Source of the DNA: a bacterium | GTDB taxonomy: Bacteria > Zixibacteria > MSB-5A5 > GN15 > FEB-12 | Length of the DNA: 64,000 nt | Direction of reading: 5' to 3' | Assembly (NCBI GenBank): GCA_043811375.1 | Contig: JBDRNJ010000084.1 | Coordinates: 54,972-118,971 of the forward strand | Shown: positions 18,928 through 27,457 of the stretch, piece by piece | How the letters are laid out: each line of letters opens with the position of its first letter | Position numbering within the stretch: the first letter of the stretch is position 1 | Position numbers and translations under genes: made by a program | Notes under the pieces: generated by a model | Database searches by the model: none | What the model was told of the DNA's origin: nothing | Seen by the model: only the letters and a program-made list of their open reading frames with translations

Positions 18928-19833
18928 TCACACCAGAGTTCGCACGATGTCCCCCGCCTGATCCGGGCTGGTCATGAGTATTGCTCCGCACTCGATTGCT
19001 GTTTGCAGACTTTTTTCGTCGGCCAGAGGTTGACAATCATCGGCTGCCATGAAAAAAGTCAGTTTCCCGATTTGCCGACAGAACGATAACAAATCCAGAG
19101 CACGCTGTGAGTCGGCGTACAGCTCTGTGATCACCACCGCCTGGGCCAGTCCGGCCAGAAGCCTGTTGGCGGCCGTGATCTTGTCGGGATGGTAAGCCTG
19201 CTGAGGAGGGCATTCTGTAATGATACCGCCACTCTGGGCGATATCGAGTGCCAGGGACAAATGCTCCTCAGGGTGAATGTGATCGAATCCGGAGTCGAGC
19301 ACGCCGTACGAATCGCAACCGGCGGTACAGGCGCCCACATGGGCGGCGGCATCGATCCCTTTCGACAGTGAAGCAATCATCTGAACATCAGCCTGTCCAA
19401 AGAGCTTTGCCAGCCGGACGGTCAGTTCGATACCCTCGTTAGTAGCCTCTTCAGCCCCGGTCAGAAGTACCGTCTTGCGATCATTATCAGGCAGGTGACC
19501 ACGAGTGTAAAGCAAGGGAGGAGGATCGTTCAGTTCAAACAACAGCCGCGGGTAGTCATGGTCAAAGCGGGAGGTGATACCGATATCCCGATCCCGCAGG
19601 GTGCCGTATAATTCTTCAGCTTCTTCCAGCCTTAGCGATGCCGAGGCTATCTTCTCTGCTGCCCGGGCGCTCATGCCGTCAATTGTCGCCAGGGTAGCTT
19701 CGTCGGCGCCGAGGATACCCTGCGTATTCCCGAAGATATAGATCAGGACCTCCATCAGGCGGGGACTGACTCCGGCCAGATGGCACAGAGCCAGAACCTC
19801 AACGGTAGTCTCTTGCCGCTTATTTGTGACCAT
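18928..19833 (-). CDS. dprA: Divergent DprA/Smf family DNA-processing protein
   Basis: YPRLLFELNDPPPLLY.RG, KGIDAAAH and NRLLAGLAQAVVITE motifs; no C-terminal HTH. Confidence 0.75.
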   Translation of the reverse strand: MVTNKRQETTVEVLALCHLAGVSPRLMEVLIYIFGNTQGILGADEATLATIDGMSARAAEKIASASLRLEEAEELYGTLRDRDIGITSRFDHDYPRLLFELNDPPPLLYTRGHLPDNDRKTVLLTGAEEATNEGIELTVRLAKLFGQADVQMIASLSKGIDAAAHVGACTAGCDSYGVLDSGFDHIHPEEHLSLALDIAQSGGIITECPPQQAYHPDKITAANRLLAGLAQAVVITELYADSQRALDLLSFCRQIGKLTFFMAADDCQPLADEKSLQTAIECGAILMTSPDQAGDIVRTLV

Positions 19834-19964
19834 ACCTCAATTTAGCTATTGAGTACCGCTTGTCAACCAAGCTGGGGAACCCGTGAAGCTGACCCACGTC
19901 ATACTTGAATTGCGATCCTGATTGCCCTATCATTGGTGACAAAGGACACTTGATAGGAAATGAC

Positions 19965-20813
19965 ATGAAAAAACTTACCGCCCTGTTGTTCATTATAAGT
20001 ACGCTGTTCGGCTGCTCGGGAGAACCACAGTCGGTTGAACAACTGGTCAACGCCGGAGAAAAGGCGATTGTGGATGGAGACTTTGCCCGCGCCAGAGACT
20101 ACCTGTCGAAAGCAATCGCCCGGCAGCCATCGGATCAGCATATACTTTACCTGCTGGGTACCAGCTATCGTCGTGATTTTCTCTATGATTCGGCCTACTA
20201 CTATCTCAAACGGGCGGACTTGCTGCACCCCGGTGATCGCGAGGTGAACCTGGAACTCCACCGGGTAGCAGCCGTCCTTCAGGAATGGAAAAGCGCTGTC
20301 CGGGCAATCCACGTCCTGATTGAAACCGGGGACTCCAAGGAAATGTATATTGCCGATCTGGCCGACTACAATCTTCGTATGGACAACTTTTCAGTTGCCT
20401 ACCATTACTATCGTAGATTATCACAGATACAACCTGACAATATCGAAATCTGGCGACACCTGGTCAATCTGGCCGCACAGCTTGACTCGCTGGAGGTTGC
20501 CCTGAGAGTTGTCGACAGCGCCCTGGAACGTTTTGGTCGGCAGGATGGACTGTTGATAAGTAAGGGATTATGCCTGGCGGCAACGGGCGATTATGATCAG
20601 TCGGAATCTATCTTCCGCTCATTGGTAGCCAAAGACACCGCTTCGGTAGCGGCACGTATTAATCTCGCTCACACGCTTTCCTCACAGAACAGTCCGGCCA
20701 AGAAACGAGAGGCTCTCCAATTGTACCTTCAGGTTCAGCCCCGGGCTGACAAGTTTCTGAAGGTCGATTCTTTGATCGAAGCACTGACCGAAGAACTTGA
20801 CGGCAAAAAATAA
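19965..20813 (+). CDS. TPR-repeat lipoprotein
   Basis: MKKL...LFGC lipobox and multiple TPR helices. Confidence 0.82.
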   Translation: MKKLTALLFIISTLFGCSGEPQSVEQLVNAGEKAIVDGDFARARDYLSKAIARQPSDQHILYLLGTSYRRDFLYDSAYYYLKRADLLHPGDREVNLELHRVAAVLQEWKSAVRAIHVLIETGDSKEMYIADLADYNLRMDNFSVAYHYYRRLSQIQPDNIEIWRHLVNLAAQLDSLEVALRVVDSALERFGRQDGLLISKGLCLAATGDYDQSESIFRSLVAKDTASVAARINLAHTLSSQNSPAKKREALQLYLQVQPRADKFLKVDSLIEALTEELDGKK

Positions 20814-20814
20814 C

Positions 20815-20910
20815 AAAAAAAGAAGGGCAGGATTATTGCTAATCCTGCCCAACGCAGGGCTGTCTCGGTAAGAGACAGAGGGGGGGTCTTTACAAGCTTT
20901 TCAATATCTT
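20815..20910 (-). ncRNA. Candidate ~95-nt small RNA with C-rich single-stranded tract
   Basis: Minus-strand TTGCCA-N16-TATTAT at 20945-20918; then CCCCCCCUC, hairpin CUGUCUC/GAGACAG, and terminator GGGCAGGAUUA/UAAUCCUGCCC plus U run. Confidence 0.5.
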
Positions 20911-21006
20911 AAACAATATAATAACTACTTTTGTTCACTTGGCAAGTAAAATAATTCATTTTAGACCATTTTTTTTGAGAAAACAGGATAATACTGCAAT
21001 AGGCCG

Positions 21007-21046
21007 AAAAAGCCCACCGATCCGGCCTTTTTAGCCGGGTCGGTGG
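21007..21046 (-). terminator. Terminator hairpin for the 21064-22263 gene
   Basis: CCACCGATCCGGC/GCCGGGTCGGTGG stem with a T tract on the minus strand. Confidence 0.6.
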
Positions 21047-21063
21047 TAAATCCGCCAGGGGTT

Positions 21064-22263
21064 TCAAAATCCTTCCTCGTTGTCGGTCAGTTCCGGCTCC
21101 GCCGGGTTGCAATACAGTTTCCAGCGGCCCTGGAAAAATCCATTTTCATGGTGAGGAGCAGACCGGTATTTGCCCATCAACCGACCAATCGGAGTCCGGT
21201 CAGCAGCATAAATGCGTCCCGAAAACCACCCGTGAGCATGTCTTCCGTGTGCATTGATCTGGCCGTGCCCCGGTGGATGACCGTAGGTTCCTTTCAGAAA
21301 ACCCTGAAAAGCGCCGGCGCGGGATATCCACTTGCCGAAGAACACCTTATCTCCGGAACTGTTGGGACCAAAGTGGCCCTTCAGGTAACCACTAACCGTC
21401 CAGCCGAAAGCGTTGGGCCGCTTTGACCACCAGACACCCCGAAAACGCCCCTGTTCGCTTTCATCGAACCCCCAGCGACCGGCCAGGAATCCGCGCGGGC
21501 AGGGGTAGCGATTGAGTTCGAAAGCGTGGAAGGCAACGGCGTTGGAATCCTCGAGATAGACTATCGTGTCAAGAGATTTCAGATCTTCAAGGTTAAAGGT
21601 GTGGCTGTAAGGACCGGTTTCGAATGATACCGTTACCGGTTCCGACTGAGGGAATATGGTGTCGATAACCACCGTCCAGGATGTGTCCCCCAGGGAATCG
21701 ACCACGGCTACTTCGGATGAGTCGAAAATCGGTCGCGGTGGGGGCATGAAGATATCGACCGCGATGCCGTCATTGTGAACCGTTGTCTTTGATACCCATC
21801 CTATCATTCCGGGGCCGCAGCGGCTGCCACCGGTACTGTCGCAGCGAAGTCGGACTATGTAGTCCTGCCCGGGCTCGAAACGGATCGTTCGTCTGACGAC
21901 TACGACACCACCGGGAACATTCAGGGTTCCGCTCCAGTCGGTGACGGTTGTAACCGTCGAATCATAGCACAGGCGCCCCCAGACAGCTCTCAGGTGGTAA
22001 TAGCCGGACCGGGGATCCGAAATGACCGAATCCACCTCAGGACTGGCCAGCATTTCATCATCGTACTCCACGTCAGTGGCTTCCTCGCCCAGCAGATCGT
22101 TGTCTCCAAAACCGGGATTTTCCGCATCGGTGGTGTAACCACCATATTCTGAATCCAGATTCAGAACCTCCTCATTGCCAGGCTGATTAGGACTCTCGGA
22201 ACAACCGATCAGCCACATCAGCAAAGCTGTAGCCAAAAGCGCGGTCAGCAATTTTCGGTTCAT
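21064..22263 (-). CDS. Hypothetical lipoprotein with Gly/aromatic-rich beta C-terminal region
   Basis: LIGC lipobox; repeated GxWxG/GxFxGxW strands; GGAAGG RBS. Confidence 0.8.
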   Translation of the reverse strand: MNRKLLTALLATALLMWLIGCSESPNQPGNEEVLNLDSEYGGYTTDAENPGFGDNDLLGEEATDVEYDDEMLASPEVDSVISDPRSGYYHLRAVWGRLCYDSTVTTVTDWSGTLNVPGGVVVVRRTIRFEPGQDYIVRLRCDSTGGSRCGPGMIGWVSKTTVHNDGIAVDIFMPPPRPIFDSSEVAVVDSLGDTSWTVVIDTIFPQSEPVTVSFETGPYSHTFNLEDLKSLDTIVYLEDSNAVAFHAFELNRYPCPRGFLAGRWGFDESEQGRFRGVWWSKRPNAFGWTVSGYLKGHFGPNSSGDKVFFGKWISRAGAFQGFLKGTYGHPPGHGQINAHGRHAHGWFSGRIYAADRTPIGRLMGKYRSAPHHENGFFQGRWKLYCNPAEPELTDNEEGF

Positions 22264-22697
22264 TGTTGAAATTCCTTCCTTCTATCAACGATAAGATACA
22301 GTTTCTTCAATCTGATGAAAAGAGTAACAATCGCCGTGCCGACTCTCAACGATCAGGTCAACACTGTGACACTTAACGAATTACAGCCCCCGCCCGGAAA
22401 GTAAGTGTCGATGGAACCTGTACTGAACGGTACAATCGAGCTCCGGTGAACGAGCAGGTACGCGACTAAACGGCGGGATCGACACCGTGCGAAGACAGAG
22501 TTTCCGGTATCATGGGGACAGCTTCGCGCTGACTGCCGGGAATCGTTATCACCGTCGATTTGCCATTAATCCTTCTGCTTAATCGGTTTGTCATATTTGT
22601 AGTGCAAGTACAGCGCTTGAAGAGCAGTTCTCGAAAGCATCTCTCAGGTGGATGCACCTGAAACTGAAAAATGGCCAAAGCATGAGGACGAAAAAGT

Positions 22698-23561
22698 ATG
22701 ATGTTCAGTAATCACAATTTGACCGCCAATAGGGTGTTGGTTTTACCGGCGCTGACAGTGTTCGCTCTACTGGCCGGTTGCAAAACTCAACAGGTTCCGA
22801 GTGTATGGGCACCGGAACCGATCGTAGTGGATGGTAAGATGGCAGAGTGGAGCGATCAACCAATCACCTATTTCGAGGATCAGGGCGCCGCATTGGGGTT
22901 CGGCAATGACAGTGAAAACCTGTACATCCACTTCCGTTTTACAAACCCCTCCTGGGCGCGAGCTATACGTATGACCGGCTTGACCCTCTGGATTGATACC
23001 AGCAGCAATAAGAATAAGGATGTCGGCATTCGATTTCATGGGGGACCTTCCATGGAAGAGTTGCCGGCGGTTTCCCGCGAAAGACGACCTGATGGGCTGA
23101 CCGAGCAGCAAAAGCAGCAGCTGTTGCAGAGAGAAGCGATGTCACACAATCAATTCATCTTCTTTGATCAGAGCTATTACGTGGAAGCAAGAATACCAAC
23201 TGATGGCTCCCGGGGACCGGCGGCCGGGTATGATACATCCTTTGGTTTTTATTCGTTCGAGTTCTCCGTTCCGCTAGCGGGAAGTGGAGTGCAATTCTAT
23301 GGCTTGGGGGCACAACCGGGACAAACCATCTCCATCGGAGCCGAGTGGGGCGATATGAGCAGTCTCCGTCGTGAAGGGATGAAACGGGATGGGATGCGCG
23401 GCGGTATGGGAGGTGGTCGAGGTGGAATGGGGGGCGGTTCGGGAGGTGGTCCCGGCGGTATGGGTGGCGGCCGAAAACCCGGTGGCATGAAGCCTCCCGA
23501 GAAACAGGAAGTATGGATGAAAATCGAGTTAGCCTTGCCTTCGGAGGAACGGCAGGAGTAG
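22698..23561 (+). CDS. Hypothetical lipoprotein with Gly/Met-rich low-complexity segment
   Basis: LAGC lipobox; IVVDGKMAEW and NDSENLYI sugar-binding-like pattern; GGMGGG repeats. Confidence 0.75.
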   Translation: MMFSNHNLTANRVLVLPALTVFALLAGCKTQQVPSVWAPEPIVVDGKMAEWSDQPITYFEDQGAALGFGNDSENLYIHFRFTNPSWARAIRMTGLTLWIDTSSNKNKDVGIRFHGGPSMEELPAVSRERRPDGLTEQQKQQLLQREAMSHNQFIFFDQSYYVEARIPTDGSRGPAAGYDTSFGFYSFEFSVPLAGSGVQFYGLGAQPGQTISIGAEWGDMSSLRREGMKRDGMRGGMGGGRGGMGGGSGGGPGGMGGGRKPGGMKPPEKQEVWMKIELALPSEERQE

Positions 23562-23593
23562 GACGTTGATGGCGACTATCAAATTGACGGCGC

Positions 23594-24565
23594 TCATTTC
23601 GTGTTCTTCAGCTTGCGCCATAGAGTCGCCTGGCTGATCCCCAGAATTTTCGCCGCCCGGGTACGGTGCCCTCCGGTTGCTTTCAACACGGTCCTGATGT
23701 AATCCATTTCGATTTCTCCCAAACTCCGTAATGGCGTCGAGTCAGGAGATTGGTATTGACTGCTGAAATCCAGCAAATGCGGCGGCAGGTGCTCCAGCTT
23801 GATACCACCGGTTCCGCTGAGAACAGCAGCCCGCTCAATGGCATTTTCAAGTTCTCGCACGTTGCCGGGCCAGTGATAGGTCTGGAAGCGTTGACGACAG
23901 GAATCATCGAGACGCAGGCTGGGGATGCCTAACCTCGCGGAGAGCTTCCGTATCAAATACTCCGTTAGCGGCAGGATGTCTTGCGGTCGATCACGGAGAG
24001 ACGGCACGACAATCTCAATCACGCGCAGCCGATAGAGAAGGTCTTCGCGAAACCTGCCTTCCGTGACAGCCTGCTCCAGATTGCGATTGGTAGCTGCAAT
24101 GACACGAGTATCGACCTTACGAGGAATGTTTTCACCAATACGAAGAATCTCCCGTTCCTGGAGCACACGAAGCAACTTCACCTGGGTGGACAGGCTGATG
24201 TCTCCAATTTCGTCCAGTAGAATAGTACCTCTGGCCGCCTGCTCGAACAGGCCGGTACGATCCCGCACCGCCCCGGTGAAAGAACCCATTCGATGTCCGA
24301 ACAACTCACTTTCCAGGAGAGTCTCCGGGAGCGCCCCACAGTTGATGGAAAGCATGGAATACTTGGACCGAGGAGATGCGCCGTGGATGTAACGGGCAAT
24401 CACTTCTTTCCCGACGCCGGTCTCACCCGTTATAAGAATCGAAGTATCGAACGCCGCAACCTTGCCGGCCATTTCCAAAGTGCGTTGGAAGGCTTCGCTG
24501 GGTACGGCGGCAAGAAACCGCCGGGAGACCCCTGATGGTGGTTTGGTATTGGTTGTCATTGGCAA
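23594..24565 (-). CDS. Sigma54 enhancer-binding protein (AAA+ plus Fis HTH) lacking an N-terminal regulatory domain
   Basis: GETGVGKE, ESELFGH..GSFTGA, LDEIG, FREDLLYRL, WPGNVREL motifs; C-terminal AAKILGISQATLWRKL. Confidence 0.93.
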   Translation of the reverse strand: MPMTTNTKPPSGVSRRFLAAVPSEAFQRTLEMAGKVAAFDTSILITGETGVGKEVIARYIHGASPRSKYSMLSINCGALPETLLESELFGHRMGSFTGAVRDRTGLFEQAARGTILLDEIGDISLSTQVKLLRVLQEREILRIGENIPRKVDTRVIAATNRNLEQAVTEGRFREDLLYRLRVIEIVVPSLRDRPQDILPLTEYLIRKLSARLGIPSLRLDDSCRQRFQTYHWPGNVRELENAIERAAVLSGTGGIKLEHLPPHLLDFSSQYQSPDSTPLRSLGEIEMDYIRTVLKATGGHRTRAAKILGISQATLWRKLKNTK

Positions 24566-24731
24566 ATCCCTGGTTCTATTGTCGAAGTCAAGTAACTCTC
24601 ATAGCCCATATATATATAAGCTTTCAATATGCAATCACTATATTTCAATATAATATCATCATAATTAATGTCAAGCAATGATACCCCCCATAGGTCGTTG
24701 GATTACAGTGACATATATTATTGTTCAATGT

Positions 24732-24748
24732 TTGGCAACTATTTTGCT
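24732..24748 (+). promoter_or_regulatory. Sigma54 (-24/-12) promoter upstream of the kinase-transporter-hydrogenase operon
   Basis: TTGGCAACTATTTTGCT = GG-N10-GC; TTTCAATAT direct repeats about 100 bp upstream as a possible enhancer. Confidence 0.65.
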
Positions 24749-24829
24749 TACGCTGCATACTGATGACATAATGGAGAAGGACTTAAAGTAATCTTATGGT
24801 CGAAAGACAAATGGACAATCGAGCTACGA

Positions 24830-26512
24830 ATGACTAACGGATTGGCACATATGATGGGTACCGGCAAAACGCTGCGCTGGCGGATAGTGGCAGTGCTTCT
24901 GGTGGCGGCTTTATTGCCCTTGTCCCTGGCGGGTTTCGGCTCCTGGGTTGTTTTCGGCAAGTTGTTGGAAGAGAAGTCACGGGAAATCATGCGAACACTC
25001 GTTCAGAGTCACGGGAAAGCCATCGAAGCCCACCTGGAGGAACGGATTCATTTGCTCCAGTTAGCCGCAGAGTCGAATTCGCTGACAGAGATCAGCGATC
25101 CAAAACAATTGCGTCAACTGCTGGCTGATCTCAACAGTTCGAGCAACAAGGGTTTCGTTGATCTCGGTGTTTTCAACTCTGAGGGAGATCATGTCGGATA
25201 CGTGGGACCATATTCACTTCAAGGTCTGAATTACCGTGAAACGGAATGGTTCAAAGAAGTGATAGTCTCGGATGCCTATGTCAGTGACGTTTTTCCTGGA
25301 TTCAGGCAGGTACCGCACTGCATCGTGGCTGTGAAGAAGACCACCGCTGAAGGTGAATCCTGGATTCTCAGGGCAACCATAAATAGTGAACAGTTTGACC
25401 GGCTGGTGCAGACGAGTGAACTGGGGTATGGCAGCGACATCTATATTTTGAACCGTGAGGGATTTTATCAGACGACACCGAGAAGCGGGACACTTCTTGA
25501 ACGGGCGCCGGGATCCTTGAGTGACATCCATTCCGGGGTGAGGGAAGAGCGCGTTAATATCGAAGGCTCGGAGGGGATCAGAGCAACCACATGGATTAAT
25601 GACAACCGTTGGCTGCTGGTAGCTCGACAGGACCTGGCGGCCGTTCAGGCACCGGTCGATCAAGCGATAGCAGATGGAGCTTTGGTGGTGGCGGTGGCGA
25701 TAGTGCTCCTGATTGTCACGGCGTTTCTTGCAACCTGGCACCTGACAGGTCGGATCAACAAGGCCAATGCCGAGCGAGAGGAAATGTCAAGGGCGTTTAT
25801 CCGGTCAGCGAAGCTGGCCTCAATTGGTGAACTGGCTACCGGTCTGGCCCATGAGATCAATAATCCGCTGGCGATCATCAGCGCCGAGCAAACAAATATC
25901 TCCGATTTACTATCAGATTCAGAATACCCCACACAGATGCGAGAAGAGACACTTGAGTCAATCCAGCGATGCAAGACACAGATCCAGCGCTGTGCGAATA
26001 TCACCGGCAAGATGCTTCAGTTCGGTCGTAAACGCGAGTCCCAGGTAGAACCCACGGACATCAGACCGCGTCTTTCCGACACTATTCGTCTTCTGGAACG
26101 TCGTGCCTTCGTGCGAAATGTGAAAATACGGAGTGAGATCGAGGATGACCTTCCTCGAGCCCTGGTCGATCCCGTGGAACTTGAACAGGTAATCGTCAAC
26201 CTGATCAACAATTCCATCGATGCCATGCCACAGGGTGGAACAATCACAGTCATGGCCGGCATGGAAGAGAACAGGCTGCATTTGCAGGTAGCAGACAGCG
26301 GTACCGGCATCCCGCAAGAAGACCTGGAGCGGGTCTTTGAGCCGTTTTTTACCACCAAACCGGTTGGCCGGGGTACCGGTTTGGGGCTTTCGGTTTGCTA
26401 TGGCATGGTGCAGTCATGGGGTGGCAGTTTGAAAGCTGAGAGCGAACAGGGAAAAGGTACCGCCATGCACATCATGCTGCGGTCAGAGCCACCTGGGAAA
26501 GACCATAGTTAG
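24830..26512 (+). CDS. Membrane sensor histidine kinase (Cache-type periplasmic domain)
   Basis: Two transmembrane helices; GLAHEINNPL H-box; NLINNS, DSGTGI, FEPFFTTK and GTGLGL boxes. Confidence 0.93.
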   Translation: MTNGLAHMMGTGKTLRWRIVAVLLVAALLPLSLAGFGSWVVFGKLLEEKSREIMRTLVQSHGKAIEAHLEERIHLLQLAAESNSLTEISDPKQLRQLLADLNSSSNKGFVDLGVFNSEGDHVGYVGPYSLQGLNYRETEWFKEVIVSDAYVSDVFPGFRQVPHCIVAVKKTTAEGESWILRATINSEQFDRLVQTSELGYGSDIYILNREGFYQTTPRSGTLLERAPGSLSDIHSGVREERVNIEGSEGIRATTWINDNRWLLVARQDLAAVQAPVDQAIADGALVVAVAIVLLIVTAFLATWHLTGRINKANAEREEMSRAFIRSAKLASIGELATGLAHEINNPLAIISAEQTNISDLLSDSEYPTQMREETLESIQRCKTQIQRCANITGKMLQFGRKRESQVEPTDIRPRLSDTIRLLERRAFVRNVKIRSEIEDDLPRALVDPVELEQVIVNLINNSIDAMPQGGTITVMAGMEENRLHLQVADSGTGIPQEDLERVFEPFFTTKPVGRGTGLGLSVCYGMVQSWGGSLKAESEQGKGTAMHIMLRSEPPGKDHS

Positions 26513-26522
26513 GAGGTTCCTG

Positions 26523-27380
26523 ATGCAAGGAAATAACAAGAAAAACAGAGTCCTGCTGGTCGATGACGAAGAGGATTTCCTGACGGCGTCTTCACAGGCG
26601 TTGCACCGAAGGGGTCTGGATGTCGATGTGGCTCCCAATGGCGTAACCGCCCTGGAGATGGTGGACAAGACGCAATATGATGTCGTCGTGCTGGATGTCA
26701 AGATGCCCGACATCGACGGCATCGAAGTGTTTCGTATCATTCACGAAAAACACCCCGGCTTGCCGGTGATCCTGCTGACCGGCCACTCATCCATTGATGA
26801 CGCTTTTCAGACATCAAAGGACGGCATTGCCGATTACCTGTCCAAACCGATAGATATGGACGACATGGCGGCGCGTATTCACGAAGTGGTGAAAGAGTAC
26901 GATCAAAGGAGCAAACCGGATACGGAGCCACCCGTGACGTTGGATTCCTCCCAAACCGTGCGAGTAATGCTCATCGATGATGAAGTCGAGTTCCTGGAAT
27001 CACTGAGCAGAGTACTGGAACGTCGCCATATGGAAGTGATTACAGCCGAATGCGGCGACCTAGGTCTTAAGCTTCTGAAAGAATGTCTGGTTGATGTATT
27101 AGTGCTTGACGTAAAGATGCCGGGGATGGACGGGCTTGAGGTGCTGAGGTTAATAAGGAGGGACTACCCCAGTGTCCAGGTGATAATGCTCACCGGTCAC
27201 CCGACCTACAACGCCGCCCTGGAGGCGATCAAGCTGGGCGCACATGAGTATTTGAAGAAACCGCCGGATATCCAGGTATTGGCTGCGACCATCCGCAGCT
27301 TGTACGAGAATCGACAGGAAGTAATCACCCGGCAGCAAAAGAAACTGATTGAGGATATTCGCCGACGCTATCCGGATTGA
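26523..27380 (+). CDS. Tandem receiver-domain (REC-REC) protein
   Basis: Two VDDE/IDDE..LDVKMP..LTGH..KP modules; no output domain. Confidence 0.92.
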   Translation: MQGNNKKNRVLLVDDEEDFLTASSQALHRRGLDVDVAPNGVTALEMVDKTQYDVVVLDVKMPDIDGIEVFRIIHEKHPGLPVILLTGHSSIDDAFQTSKDGIADYLSKPIDMDDMAARIHEVVKEYDQRSKPDTEPPVTLDSSQTVRVMLIDDEVEFLESLSRVLERRHMEVITAECGDLGLKLLKECLVDVLVLDVKMPGMDGLEVLRLIRRDYPSVQVIMLTGHPTYNAALEAIKLGAHEYLKKPPDIQVLAATIRSLYENRQEVITRQQKKLIEDIRRRYPD

Positions 27381-27457
27381 ACCGGGGGAGGTGGCGACGG
27401 ACGGCAGTGAATTTGAAGAGCAATCAACAACCTGTAGTGGAGATGGGGTAGGAACCG

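Noticed and set aside
23385..23490. G-rich repeats as a possible G-quadruplex or repeat element
   Set aside because: Explained by the Gly/Met-rich coding segment.
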